Shown here piece by piece: positions 33,244-44,045 of a stretch of DNA of 64,000 nt. Within the stretch, counting starts at the first letter, position 1. Each line of letters starts with the position of its first letter. The DNA comes from Candidatus Eiseniibacteriota bacterium. GTDB taxonomy: Bacteria; Eisenbacteria; RBG-16-71-46; CAIMUX01; VGJL01. The position numbers and the translations under genes were made by a program. The notes beneath the pieces are model-generated. The model was given only the letters and a program-made list of their open reading frames with translations. It had not been told where the DNA came from and did not search any database. The stretch covers positions 160,001 through 224,000 of the forward strand of contig CAWBWI010000002.1 of assembly GCA_963792585.1 (NCBI GenBank). Reading direction: 5' to 3'.

Positions 33244-33268
33244 GCCGGACGCCATCCCGGCGTCCGGC
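33244..33268. terminator. GC-rich hairpin between convergent genes
   Basis: Perfect 10-bp stem GCCGGACGCC-atccc-GGCGTCCGGC; no U-tract. Confidence 0.35.
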
Positions 33269-33580
33269 TCGACCCCCGCGTCCTCGCGAGGGATGACCGC
33301 CGTTGAGTCGCCCGCCGTTACCCGAGCGGGCGCTTGCCACCGTGGAGCGTAGGTGGCCTTCCACCCGCAGCACGACGATTTGGGGACCTTGAGGTTGCGG
33401 CGGGCCACAAATGCGCCAGCTTTTCCTCAGGTGCAGTCCAGGGCCACCCGCAGCATCACTCTCGACGCGACCGTCGCCACGTACCTTGTGGTTGTGGTGA
33501 CGGTCGCGCGTTCCTAGTGCGGTCCGAGCCGTGATGCATTCCGCCTCCCGCCTCTCCGCCTCACCCGGCCGCGGCAGTCC

Positions 33581-35329
33581 CTACGGCTCGACACGGAAGC
33601 TGAACATCATCCCGCTCTCATGATGCTCGGCAATGTGGCAGTGCGCCATCCAAAGGCCGACGTTGGTGACGTCGAGGAGAATGTCGACGGTCTGGCCAGT
33701 CTGCACGAGGACCGTGTCCTTCCATACGAGGTTGGCTTCGACGATCCCGTCTCGGGCCAGGATCAGGAAGCGGCCCGCCCCATGGACATGGAATGGGTGG
33801 GGCATCGGATGATCGGAGTCCATCTCGTTGACCAATCGGATCTTCACCTGTTCGCCGACGCGGAACCGCCAGTCGATCGCCATCCCCTCGGCGCCTGTCG
33901 CGCGGTCAATCAGCTTCCAGCGTGTGTTCGCCGGAGTGGTCATGCGATTCACCTCGACCATGTCGTCTTCCCACTCAATGCCGCCTGCCTCCAGAGCATG
34001 CTCACCGCCGGCCTCATCACGGCGATGCTCGATTTCCTCCCCGTCCGGATGGCCGTGATGGTGCTCGCCGTTCGTCGCTTCGCGAGCCAGCTGCACCGGC
34101 ACCAGCTTCATGCCGCACTTTGGGCATCGGTCGGGTTGTTTGCTCGTGACCTCGGGGTGCATCGGGCAGGCGTAGGTGATCGGCGTGGCCTCGGTGACGA
34201 CCAACTTCATCCCGCATTTGGGACACCGGCCTGGTTCGTCGCTCACCACATCCGCGTGCATGGGACAGACGTACGCAACCGTAGCGCTGGGCGGCGACTC
34301 CGGCTTGCCCAAGTCCATCTGGGCGACCAGCGCGAGCGTCTTATCCGGCTTGGCATCCAACCAGGGGGCGATGCGGCGACGCTCGGTCGCCATGTCGGAG
34401 TTCGTGCGGAGGCTCTCGAACTGCGGTGCTACGGATGACTCCGCTCGGTCGTCGCTGACGGTGATCGTGGCTATCGTGTAACTCCGCTTCGGCGTGCGAT
34501 GCTCGAGTGACAGGCGACCCGGCTCGTCGAAGAGCACGTCAACTACGGCCCGCTCCGAGGGCGCAATCAGCACCTCGTCGACGAATTCCTCCCTCTCGTA
34601 ACGGCCGCTGTCGCCGCCGACGAGCTTCATCCGCGCTCCGCGCAGGCCGATGTTGAAGATGCGCGTGTTCGCCGTGTTGATCAGGAAGAAGCGCAAGATC
34701 TCGCCTCGCCGCGCCCCGATTGACAGCTCGGTTTCGCCGTTTACCAACAGGACATTGCCGAACCGGCCCATCGCTGTGTGCGTCGAAGTCGACCGGCGGA
34801 ATGGCGCAACCTTCCCGTCCTCGAGCAAGATGTCGTCAAGTGTAAGGGTGAGCTCGCGGTTGACGGCCGGCCAGTAGTCCGGCGCTGAGGGAACGACCAC
34901 GATGTTGCCGTACAGACCCATCTCTTGGCCGTAGTCTTCGCGGATGTGCGGATGATACCAGTAGACGCCAGGGTCAGGGAAGTCGAGGCGGTAGGCGAAG
35001 GCGCCGCCGACCGGTATCGGCCGCTGCGTCTGGGCTGTCCCGTCGTAGCGATTCGCCAAGCGCAATCCGTGCCAATGCACCGTCGTCTCGAGATCACCCT
35101 CATTGACGACATTGACCACCAACTCCGACCCTTGGCGCACCCGAAGCGTCGGGCCGGGAATCGAACGGTTGTAGGCGAGCATCCGCACGTTCGCATCCCC
35201 GAGTAGCTTCGCCACCGGCGCAATGCGAAGGTCGAACTGGTCCCCATCGTGGAGTTCGAACAACTCCGACGAACGTGCCTTTGATAAACCTGCGGCGTCT
35301 GTCGGGAATTGATCCGAAGATCGAGTCAT
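33581..35329 (-). CDS. Multicopper oxidase with two inserted heavy-metal-binding (CPMH..CPKCGM) domains
   Basis: HWHG, YWYHPH, HPMPHPFHVHG, HCHIAEHHESGM; YVCPMH..CPKCGMKL and YACPMH..CPKCGMKL. Confidence 0.92.
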   Translation of the reverse strand: MTRSSDQFPTDAAGLSKARSSELFELHDGDQFDLRIAPVAKLLGDANVRMLAYNRSIPGPTLRVRQGSELVVNVVNEGDLETTVHWHGLRLANRYDGTAQTQRPIPVGGAFAYRLDFPDPGVYWYHPHIREDYGQEMGLYGNIVVVPSAPDYWPAVNRELTLTLDDILLEDGKVAPFRRSTSTHTAMGRFGNVLLVNGETELSIGARRGEILRFFLINTANTRIFNIGLRGARMKLVGGDSGRYEREEFVDEVLIAPSERAVVDVLFDEPGRLSLEHRTPKRSYTIATITVSDDRAESSVAPQFESLRTNSDMATERRRIAPWLDAKPDKTLALVAQMDLGKPESPPSATVAYVCPMHADVVSDEPGRCPKCGMKLVVTEATPITYACPMHPEVTSKQPDRCPKCGMKLVPVQLAREATNGEHHHGHPDGEEIEHRRDEAGGEHALEAGGIEWEDDMVEVNRMTTPANTRWKLIDRATGAEGMAIDWRFRVGEQVKIRLVNEMDSDHPMPHPFHVHGAGRFLILARDGIVEANLVWKDTVLVQTGQTVDILLDVTNVGLWMAHCHIAEHHESGMMFSFRVEP

Positions 35330-35642
35330 GTTGTTCTCCTGTTGGCGGCTTGATCTCGCCGCGTTGGTGTAGGACGCGGCCGCTCCCGTCGAGCACTCGC
35401 CTACGCAGGGCGACCGGTGACGCTAGCACACCCATCCGTCATGTGCGAAGTAGAGACACGTCGTCGCCAGTGCCGCGCACCAACGGCAGTTCCGGACGGA
35501 GATGCCGGACCCGATTGAGGATCGAGGGCGGTGGCCGGCACGACCGGCGTGCTCCGCTTTCACCTAGGGACGCACTCGCCGGCGAGTGATCCGTCGGATG
35601 TGTCGGGGACGGCATGGGCGCCTAAGCTACTGGACCAGCCCG

Positions 35643-35698
35643 GCCGCCTCCACATTGACTCCAGGACTTTGGGGGATTCGGGGAGACTCCAGGGGACG
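35643..35698 (+). repeat. Second copy of the phased repeat block at 23538
   Basis: GACT/GATT/GACT/GACG at 35665, 35675, 35685 and 35695; core is 27/33 identical to 23551-23583. Confidence 0.5.
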
Positions 35699-35950
35699 CG
35701 AGGTGAACAGGGAATGCCGTGCTAACCGATCGGAGCCGGTTGCAGGGGACCTATGCGTCTGCTACTCTCTTCGGTCCCTCTGCATGGGCTTCGCAGGCGG
35801 ATGGCTCGCGTGAGGGGCGGAGGGAACCCGGCGCGGATAGCCCCGGGACCAGGCGCCCCGATGATTGCGACAAGCACCAACGACCGGCTCACCGGTTCGT
35901 GAGCATCAGATAGGTTCCGGCCTCCGGGCCGGATGGGAGGAAGTTCGACA

Positions 35951-36229
35951 ATGTCAAGGTACCTGATCGAAGTCAAACACGAGGCTGGAGTGCTTGCGTG
36001 TGCCCGCGTCGTGAAGACGATCCTCGAGACGGGTTCCCACTTCCTGACGCACGCAGACTGGGGATGCATGGACGGCGAGCACACCGCATGGATCATCGTG
36101 GAGGTTGATAGCAAGGAAGAGGCGCGGTCCATCCTCCCTCCCGCCTACCGCTCGGAAGCAAGGATCGTGGCCCTGAACAGTTTCAGCATGGAGCAGATCA
36201 ACGAGCTGATCAGCCAGCATCAGTCCTAG
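35951..36229 (+). CDS. Small hypothetical protein (Cys/His-containing, ferredoxin-like pattern)
   Basis: GGGAGG RBS; RYLIEVKH..C..WGCMDGEHTAWIIVE..SKEEA; followed by a hairpin. Confidence 0.7.
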   Translation: MSRYLIEVKHEAGVLACARVVKTILETGSHFLTHADWGCMDGEHTAWIIVEVDSKEEARSILPPAYRSEARIVALNSFSMEQINELISQHQS

Positions 36230-36415
36230 CGGGTCGCCCGCGCACGACGTGCGGGGCGGCCTTCCCTACTGGAGGTGATACGCGAGGGTGCGTGGCCTCG
36301 ACGCCCTGATTCGGGTGACGGCGGGCCGACCTCGTGACGTTTCAATGCCCGGAAGTCATCCCGGACACGTATGTCTTTTCACACCGCACACGATGGACTT
36401 GGTGGAGGTTGCGCC

Positions 36416-37540
36416 ATGAGGGTCGTGATCGTTGGAGCCGGCTTCGGGGGTCTGGAAACTGCCACCTGCCTAAGTGAGACGCTCGGCAGGGATGTCGACG
36501 TCACGCTGATCGACAAGAACGACAGCTTCGTCTTCGGATACGCCAAGCTCGACGTCATGTTCGGGCGCACCAAGCCCGAAGCGGTCCATTTCCCCTTTCA
36601 CTCGATCGACAAACCAGGCGTCGCCTTCCGGCAAGAGACCCTCACCTCGATTGACCCCTCTGCCAAACGCGTGACCACCGACAAGGGGATCCATGATGCC
36701 GACATTCTCGTCGTCGCGCTCGGCGCCGACTATGACGTCTCGGCGACGCCGGGGTTGGCCGAAGGCGGGCACGAGTTCTATTCCGTCGCCGGCGCGACCA
36801 AGGTGAGGAACATCTTGCCGACTTTCGACGGCGGAACGGTCGTTGTCGGTGTGATGACCCCACACTACAAGTGCCCGCCGGCACCGAGCGAGACCGCGAT
36901 GCTGATGCATGACTATCTTGCCGAACGGGGTCTGCGCGAGCGCTCCAGGATCATCATGACGACGCCCCTCCCCTCGCCACTCCCCGTCTCGAAGGAGACC
37001 GGGGACGCGCTCTTGGCCCGCTTCGCCCAACTCGGAATCGAGTTCATTCCAAGCGTGATGCCCACGCAGGTCGAGGGCGCCGCGAGCAAACTCCACCTCT
37101 CGAATGGCGCCGCCATCGACTACGACCTGCTACTCGCGGTACCGGTACACGTCGCGCCGAAGGTGGTCCTGGAATCCGGCTTGACCGAAGGTGGATGGAT
37201 ACCGGTCGACCCCGCGACGCTGCAGACCCGTTTCCCGGGGGTGTACGCCATCGGTGATGTCACCAGCGTCGGAACGCCGCGCGCCGGGACGTTTGCCGAA
37301 GGGGCGGGCAAGGTCGTCGCCGCCCAGATCATCGCCCGCAATCGCGGCGGTGCGGTCACCCGCTATCAGGGCGATGGCCACTGCTACATTGAGTTCGGGG
37401 AGCAGAAGATCGCCGAAATCTACGTCAACTTCCTTGGAGGCTCCAAGCCGTGGAGCGAATTCAAGGGGGTCACCCCCGGCGGTGTCGCCAACAAGCGGCT
37501 TTTCGGTTCAAGCCGTGCCCACCGCTGGTTTGGGATGTAG
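36416..37540 (+). CDS. SQR/FCSD-family FAD-dependent oxidoreductase (sulfide:quinone oxidoreductase-like)
   Basis: GAGFGG, VVALGA, YKCPPAPSE, VYAIGDVT, GHCYIEFG. Confidence 0.85.
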   Translation: MRVVIVGAGFGGLETATCLSETLGRDVDVTLIDKNDSFVFGYAKLDVMFGRTKPEAVHFPFHSIDKPGVAFRQETLTSIDPSAKRVTTDKGIHDADILVVALGADYDVSATPGLAEGGHEFYSVAGATKVRNILPTFDGGTVVVGVMTPHYKCPPAPSETAMLMHDYLAERGLRERSRIIMTTPLPSPLPVSKETGDALLARFAQLGIEFIPSVMPTQVEGAASKLHLSNGAAIDYDLLLAVPVHVAPKVVLESGLTEGGWIPVDPATLQTRFPGVYAIGDVTSVGTPRAGTFAEGAGKVVAAQIIARNRGGAVTRYQGDGHCYIEFGEQKIAEIYVNFLGGSKPWSEFKGVTPGGVANKRLFGSSRAHRWFGM

Positions 37541-37706
37541 GCACTTCCACCCCATGCACCGGCAAAGACTCACATCGGAGCGAGACCGTCTCCTCTGTCT
37601 CAGGCACGGAAGTCGCTATCCCTAAGGATCAACCGGGAGAGCAGGAGGAGCCTCTTGCCCCGCCGCCCTCCCGGTGAGTGAGTCTCCGAACGAGAGCGTG
37701 AAGACG

Positions 37707-39881
37707 CTATCGAACGAGTTGCAGCGCCCGCACCGCCGTCCGTCCGCTCGACTCCGCGCGGACGTAGTACACCCCCGGCGGCGCATCTCCGGCCGGCCAG
37801 CACAGCATGTGCTCACCGGCGGCCGCCGTGCCTTCGTGCAAGGTCGCGAGGCGACGCCCGGCCACGTCGTAGACCGCGACCGTCAGCGGTCCGGGGTGGT
37901 CGAGCTGGAGGCGGATCGCGCCATCGTCTCGCACCGGATTGGCCACGAGGAGCCGTAAGCTTTCTTGGAGAGTCCCCTCCGCCTCAACAGCCGCGGCAGA
38001 AGGTCCGAGGACGAGCATGGACCCTCCCCCGACCATGTACAGGAACGACCCGCGGATCGCGATGGCCCCGCCGACCGCATCGGCCAAGCCGACCTCGACC
38101 GGGTTGCCCGGACTCGAGACGTCATAGACCCGCACGCCGGGGTCCGCTGCCGCAAAGAGCCGGTCGCCGACGAGCTCGAGTTGATTGAGCCAGCCGGGAA
38201 GCTGGAGTTCGAGAACGGATCGAGGGATGTCCGGGTTCGTGACGTCGAAGACGCCGAGTCGGTTGTGTCCCAGGTTGGCGTAGACGAAGGACCCGTCCGT
38301 GACGACGTCGAACACCCAGTCGAATGTGTCGACGGAGCCGCGACGGAACGGGTATGCAGGATTGGAGATGTCGACGACGACGAGCCCCACGTTGCTGTTG
38401 CCGACGTAGGCGAGATCGCCGTGGACGCACACCTCCCAGGCCCAGAGTGGGACCGTGCAGCTGCCCAGGATGATCGGATGCGTCGGGTCGTGGATGTCGA
38501 TCGACGTGAAGCGATCGTCCTTGACGACATAGGCGCGTTCGCCCGCGATCGCCATCCCGCTGACCGGCAGGTCCATGTGCGCCACCAGCCTCGGATGCCC
38601 GAGATCGACGATATCGACGACGTCGAAGCCGTCCTCGCGACTCCCTAGGTAGACGAAATCACCGGAAACAAGCACCGTCCGCGGGTTCGCCGGCGTCTCG
38701 AGCAGGGAGATCTCCTCGGGCTGGAAAGGGTTCTGGATATCGACTACATGGAGCCCAAACATCCCGTCGGCGATGTAGGCCGCGCGGTCGTCCGCGGCGA
38801 TGCCGGAGGGATATCCCGCCTCCCAATACCTCCCCATGAGGATCGGCTCGCCCGGATCGCTTACATCCGCGGTCACGAGGCCGTTCCAGCCGTCGGCGAC
38901 ATAGACCACCTCGTCCTGGAACGCGAGATCGGCGGAGTTTCCGCCCGTGACCAGATTCCCAACAATGACGGGGTTCGACGGATCGGAGAAGTCGAGAATG
39001 GTCGCGGTCCCGGAACCGCTGGCGACATAGGCTAGCCCGCCATCGAAGTAGACGTCCCGCGACCACTCCGTCCCCTGGTACTCGCCGAGATAGGCCGGCT
39101 GCAGCGGGCTCGTGATGTCGTAGACGATCACGCCGCTCTCGTCTCGGAGCGACTGCGCATTGTGACGCTGCTTCTCTGGCAGTGTCCCGCGAGGATGATC
39201 CACGCCCTCACGCTTTTCCCCGCTGTTCCAGACGCAATACGCGCGAGACCCCTGCACCCGGATCGTGAAGAAGATGCCGATGTCCCAGCGGCCGGCCGGG
39301 ACCGGGTGCGCAGGCTGGGACACGTCGATCACCGCGACCCCGTCATGATAGGCGGCCAGGTAGGCATAGCCGCCGGCCAGCGCGATTCCGAGCCCGGCGG
39401 TGGGGCAGGAGCCGAGCAGCACCGGACTGGCCGGGTGGCTGAAGTCGACGATCTCGAGCCGCCCCTCGCTGGAGCCACAGACGATATAGGCCAGGTTCTC
39501 CCGGAACGCGAAGTCGATCAGCTCCCCATCCACCCCATAGGCGCCCACCGCGCGCGGAGTGCTCGGATCACTGACGTCGAAGACCAGAATGCCGGGTCCC
39601 CCGCCGACGAGAACATATGGCCAGGCGATCTCGAGACGCCCGCATGACCCACCGCAGTAGGACTTACCCAGCGGGAGCGGAGCGGACGGATCCGTGACGT
39701 CGAAGACAGCCAGACCTTGCGGATAGGCGACATAGGCGATTCCATCGAGAACGCGCACGCTGTTCGGGTTGCTCCAGAGCGTCGACGACAACAAGCTCGG
39801 CGCATCGGGAGGAACGGCGAACGCATTCGATGGAATCCAGAGGACAAGCAGAATCGATAACATACACAGCGGCCGGAGCAT
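37707..39881 (-). CDS. LVIVD-repeat beta-propeller protein with FlgD-type CTD
   Basis: Signal peptide from ATG 39881; many AYVA..GL.V.DVS.P..P repeats; C-terminal YDVAGR..PGVYYVR. Confidence 0.85.
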   Translation of the reverse strand: MLRPLCMLSILLVLWIPSNAFAVPPDAPSLLSSTLWSNPNSVRVLDGIAYVAYPQGLAVFDVTDPSAPLPLGKSYCGGSCGRLEIAWPYVLVGGGPGILVFDVSDPSTPRAVGAYGVDGELIDFAFRENLAYIVCGSSEGRLEIVDFSHPASPVLLGSCPTAGLGIALAGGYAYLAAYHDGVAVIDVSQPAHPVPAGRWDIGIFFTIRVQGSRAYCVWNSGEKREGVDHPRGTLPEKQRHNAQSLRDESGVIVYDITSPLQPAYLGEYQGTEWSRDVYFDGGLAYVASGSGTATILDFSDPSNPVIVGNLVTGGNSADLAFQDEVVYVADGWNGLVTADVSDPGEPILMGRYWEAGYPSGIAADDRAAYIADGMFGLHVVDIQNPFQPEEISLLETPANPRTVLVSGDFVYLGSREDGFDVVDIVDLGHPRLVAHMDLPVSGMAIAGERAYVVKDDRFTSIDIHDPTHPIILGSCTVPLWAWEVCVHGDLAYVGNSNVGLVVVDISNPAYPFRRGSVDTFDWVFDVVTDGSFVYANLGHNRLGVFDVTNPDIPRSVLELQLPGWLNQLELVGDRLFAAADPGVRVYDVSSPGNPVEVGLADAVGGAIAIRGSFLYMVGGGSMLVLGPSAAAVEAEGTLQESLRLLVANPVRDDGAIRLQLDHPGPLTVAVYDVAGRRLATLHEGTAAAGEHMLCWPAGDAPPGVYYVRAESSGRTAVRALQLVR

Positions 39882-40162
39882 GATCTTTCCCTCCCTCTTG
39901 GCTCGTAAGAGCAGACCGAGAATAGGCTCTTCACGGTTCGGAATCAAGCGAGGTACTTCCGGCGCGGCGTGCTTCCGGGCTCGGCGCGGAGCCTGGGGCG
40001 AGCACTCCGGCGGGTCCACTCGGTCGATTTTCATGAACAGTGCATGGCGCGGGAGGCCCGCCGTCCTGGGGTCTTCCGCATCGCGAGACGCCCGCGAACG
40101 ACGAGATGGCCCGGATTGATCGGGCCACCCCACAGCTCGGGCGGAGGAGCGAACCGATGCTC

Positions 40163-41386
40163 CTATCTCACCGACACCATCTTCGTCGACTTCAGTTTCC
40201 TGTCTCCTACATGCAGGCTGTAGTAGTAGATGCTGGCGGCGGATCTCTCGCCGCGCGCCGCGTCGAAGTCGACGGAGTAGGTGCCGGCCGGGCGAGAGGC
40301 ATTGACCAGGCTTCGCACCTCCCGTCCCAGGATGTCGTAGACCTTGATGGCGACGTAGCCGGACGCGGATGTGGAGTAGGTGATCGTCGTCGAGGAACCG
40401 AACGGATTCGGCTCGTTGTGCAGGATCGACGGCCTGTTCATCCAGGTGCCGGAATCGTCCACTCCCGACTGCCCGGGGTCGAAGACGGCCCGGGCATCGA
40501 CCCACAAGATATCCGTCTGCTCAGTGGTGTACGGGGCTCTGCGGCGATTGAAGAAGAAGTACTTCCCATCGGGGGAAACGAACGGATTGTCTTCGATCTG
40601 GGGGGTGTTGATCGCGGGACCCAGATTCCTTGGTGCGGTCCAGACGCCGCTTTCGTTGTAGCTGACGTAGAGATCGGATTGACCGTATCCACCCGATCGC
40701 TGGGACTCGAAGATGATGTAGCTGCCGTCGCGGGCGGCATACACGGAGCCCTCGAGCTGTGGACCGTTGATGGTGGCGCCCAGGTTCTCGACCGTGACCT
40801 CTCCGCCGGGTGACGTGACCGCGCGATAGACATCCGCGCCCCCGAAACCGCCCGGCCGGGTCGAGCAGAAGTACAGAGTCCCCCCATTGGTCAGCGCTCC
40901 TGCCCATTCATTGGAGGAGGAATTGACGGGTGGATCTAACTTCAGGGGCGCGCTCCATCCGGTGCCATCACGGGAGGATCGCCAGAGGTTGGTTGGAGGG
41001 TAACTGGGACGGGAGGAAACGAAATAGATCCCATTGCCGTCGGGTGAGTAGAAAGGACCGGTGGCATCCCCGTTCCCCTGGAACGGGGCCGCGATCGGGT
41101 CGATCCAGGTGCTGTCACTCCCCATCTTCGTGTACATCAGATTGAATCCGCTCCAACCGGCGTTGGTGAGACCGAAGACGCATTCGTCGAGGTTCGGCGA
41201 GAAGACCAGGCAGTACTCGTACCTGCCGGGCTGGGAAACGATGCCCGGCGCAAAGACCACCGGCGTGAAGCCGGGGGGATTCTGTCCGAAGTAGAGTCCC
41301 CCCGGGATGGTTCGCCCCTCACAGATGCCCACACCTACCGCCGAAATCAGGATGACTGCGACCAAACCCATGAACCATTTCATCAC
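40163..41386 (-). CDS. PD40/TolB-like repeat protein with FlgD-type CTD
   Basis: YFGQNPPG.TP..FAPG, SPDG..YFVSSR, NLGPAINT, PNPF..YDILGREV. Confidence 0.85.
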   Translation of the reverse strand: MMKWFMGLVAVILISAVGVGICEGRTIPGGLYFGQNPPGFTPVVFAPGIVSQPGRYEYCLVFSPNLDECVFGLTNAGWSGFNLMYTKMGSDSTWIDPIAAPFQGNGDATGPFYSPDGNGIYFVSSRPSYPPTNLWRSSRDGTGWSAPLKLDPPVNSSSNEWAGALTNGGTLYFCSTRPGGFGGADVYRAVTSPGGEVTVENLGATINGPQLEGSVYAARDGSYIIFESQRSGGYGQSDLYVSYNESGVWTAPRNLGPAINTPQIEDNPFVSPDGKYFFFNRRRAPYTTEQTDILWVDARAVFDPGQSGVDDSGTWMNRPSILHNEPNPFGSSTTITYSTSASGYVAIKVYDILGREVRSLVNASRPAGTYSVDFDAARGERSAASIYYYSLHVGDRKLKSTKMVSVR

Positions 41387-41498
41387 GGCACCTCCTAGCA
41401 ACCCCTGGACGCTCCGCGGGACCCGACGCTGGAGACGCGCCGATCCCGCGTGGTCTGCGAAACGACATCGAAATCGTAGGAAGATCCGTGTGGGAGAG

Positions 41499-41542
41499 CC
41501 TGAAGACGAGCTAAGGGAGTCCTAATGAAGTCCTGATTTCTT
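41499..41542. promoter_or_regulatory. Four 11-bp-spaced direct repeats in the divergent intergenic region
   Basis: CCTGAAGACGA GCTAAGGGAGT CCTAATGAAGT CCTGATTTCTT. Confidence 0.45.
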
Positions 41543-41710
41543 GCCATTGCAGGGAGCGGGCGGCCCCTCGGCGAGTTCCGTACAGGTAGATCCACGCGAT
41601 CCTCGTCTGGATGCCGAGCGAGGCGCTGGATAGAGGTGTTCGCCCTTGCGACCCGGTGCGGCGTTGATAGAATCGAGGCGCTGTGGCGGAGGAGGGGAGA
41701 TGAGGGTTCG

Positions 41711-43896
41711 ATGACGGAACAGGAGCGGTCCGACCTCCCGAATCCGGCGCATTCGTCCCCCTTCCGCATCGAGGACTGCCTCATCCTTCCCGCCCTGAAC
41801 CGCATCGAGTGCGGCCGGGAGACCCACCAGATCGAGCCCCGGGTCATGCAGGTCCTGGTCTGTCTCGCCTCCCGACCGAACGAAGTCCTTTCCCGGCAGA
41901 TGCTCTTCGACGCGGTCTGGACCGATTCCGTGGTCTGCGAAGAGGCGCTGACGAGGACGATCTCGGAGTTGCGACGGGTCTTTCGAGACGATACGAAGAC
42001 CCCCCGCGTCATCGAGACGATCCGGAAGGGGGGATACCGTCTCATCGCCCCGATCACGCCCGCATCCGCGCCGGAGCCGGGCAGGCAGGCGCTGCCGGCC
42101 CCGGACTCGGCGCCATCTCCGCCCCCGCCCCGGATCGAACCCTCGAAGCTGTCGATCCGCGGATGGCAGAGGACGGCCTGGCTACTCGGGATCGGCGGCA
42201 TGGCCGTCGTGACGGTGATCTTCATCTCCTCCTGGGGAGCGAAGCGCTTCACGCGGGCGAATCCATCGATTCCCGTTCTGACGGAACCGATCCCCCTCAC
42301 GAGCTTCCCCGGTCTGGAACTCTTCCCCGCCCTCTCGCCCGACGGTTCGATGGTCGCCTTCTCATGGGCGGGCGAGAGCTCGGGGGAGGGCAATCCCCTC
42401 GATATCTATGTCATGAAGACCAGGAACGGCTCGCCGGTCCGTCTGACCAATCTACCCGGGCCCGAGTGCTTCCCATCCTGGTCACCCGATGGCACGGAGA
42501 TTGTCTTCTCCAATGAAACGAAGGACGGATACGCGATCTGCACCATGCCGGTTCTCGGGGGAGAGGTCCGGCGGATGGCCACGGTCGAGTCCGAGATCGG
42601 CGGGCTGGATTGGTCGCCCGACGGTCAGACGATCGCCTATTCGGCCGCCGACACGTCGAGCGAGATCCCGCGGATCCGCCTTCTGACATTGGGGAGCCTG
42701 TCGCGGCGGGCTCTCACAACCCCGCTGCAACATTGCCGGGGGGACATCGAACCGGTCTTCTCCCCGGACGGGCGAAGTGTAGCCTTCGTCCGCATCAATC
42801 AACTTCAGGATCCGGACGCGTATGTTGTGCCGTTCGAGGGGGGCGAAGCGCGTGCACTCGACATCGGGGGCGGGCGGGTCTCCGGCGTTGCCTGGTGGTC
42901 GCAGCGGGAGCTGATCATCTCCGCGGCATCGAAGCTGGACTATGGCCTGTGGAAGGTCTCCGTCGATTCCGGCGAGCGATCGCGGCTCTCGATTCCAGGA
43001 GGGAGGATCCAGAGAGTATCCCTGGCGCGAACCAGCCGGCGTCTCGCGTACGAGAAGATCTCCTTCGCCCGCAACATATGGTGCGTCGACATTTCAAAGG
43101 CGGGGGAGTTCCATCGACGGCGGGAGCCCCTGATCGCATCGACGCAGCGGCAATCGGAACCGGTCCCTTCGCCCGACGGTCGATCGATAGCCTTTGTCTC
43201 GGACCGATCCGGATCGTCCGAGATCTGGATCGCCGACGCCTCCGGCGACCATCCGCGACGACTCACGGACCATCAGGCCACGCAGATGACCCGTCCCCGC
43301 TGGTCCCCGGACGGGACGCAGATCGCCTACTCATGCAATGCCGATGGGCCTTCCTCGATCTATGTAACGGAACTGCAATCACAGGTCGCCCGCAGGTTGG
43401 TCCCCGGCGGGCCGCAGATCCTCGCGGCGTGGTCGCGGCAGGGAGACGACCTCTACTACCAGGCCGATGCTCCCGGGGGTGGGAGGTATGGCGGGTCCAT
43501 CCCGATGGGACCGGCCGCAGGAAGGTCAGCGAGGCGGGTTACACGATCATCGATGAGGCTTCCGACGGTAGCGGCCTTCTGTGTGTCAAGTCGGGCGAGC
43601 CGGGGATCTGGCTCCTGCCGGTCGACGGCGGCCAGAAGTCGCTGGTGGTCCCGGGTGAATCGTGTCGAGACTGGCAGGAGACGATCGTCGCAGAGGGTGG
43701 GTTGTATTTCACGCGCCGCGGCAAGGAGACATCGACGCTGGGGTTCTACGATCTTGCCACCGGTCGGTCCGATTCGCTCGCCTCTCTGGAATGGTATGCC
43801 GCCTCGCTCGCGCTCTCCCCGGACCAATCGATGCTGCTCTACGATTGCATCGGAAAGATCGAAGCGGACCTGATGCTTTCCGAGGTCCGTGAATAG
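41711..43896 (+). CDS. CadC/ToxR-like winged-helix-TM-PD40 propeller one-component regulator; frameshift near 43480
   Basis: IEPRVMQVL..LSR..VW..LTRTISELRR..IETIRKGGYRL; one TM helix; repeated SPDG. C-terminus continues in another frame (GWEVWRV..LMLSEVRE). Confidence 0.85.
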
Positions 43897-43926
43897 GGCG
43901 CGTCAGCAGGCGGATCTCGTGCTTCT

Positions 43927-44045
43927 TCAGGCGGGCCGTCGTCTCCACCGTCCCGGCGAGTCTCCGGTCCAGCGGCGGAATGCTCGGTTGAAGCTGCTCT
44001 GACCGCTGAATCCAAGCATGAACGCCACCTCCGCGATCGACACCC
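43927..44045 (-). pseudogene. AraC-family HTH C-terminal fragment
   Basis: SIAEVAFMLGFSGQSSFNRAFRRWTGDSPGRWR with no N-terminal part. Confidence 0.7.
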
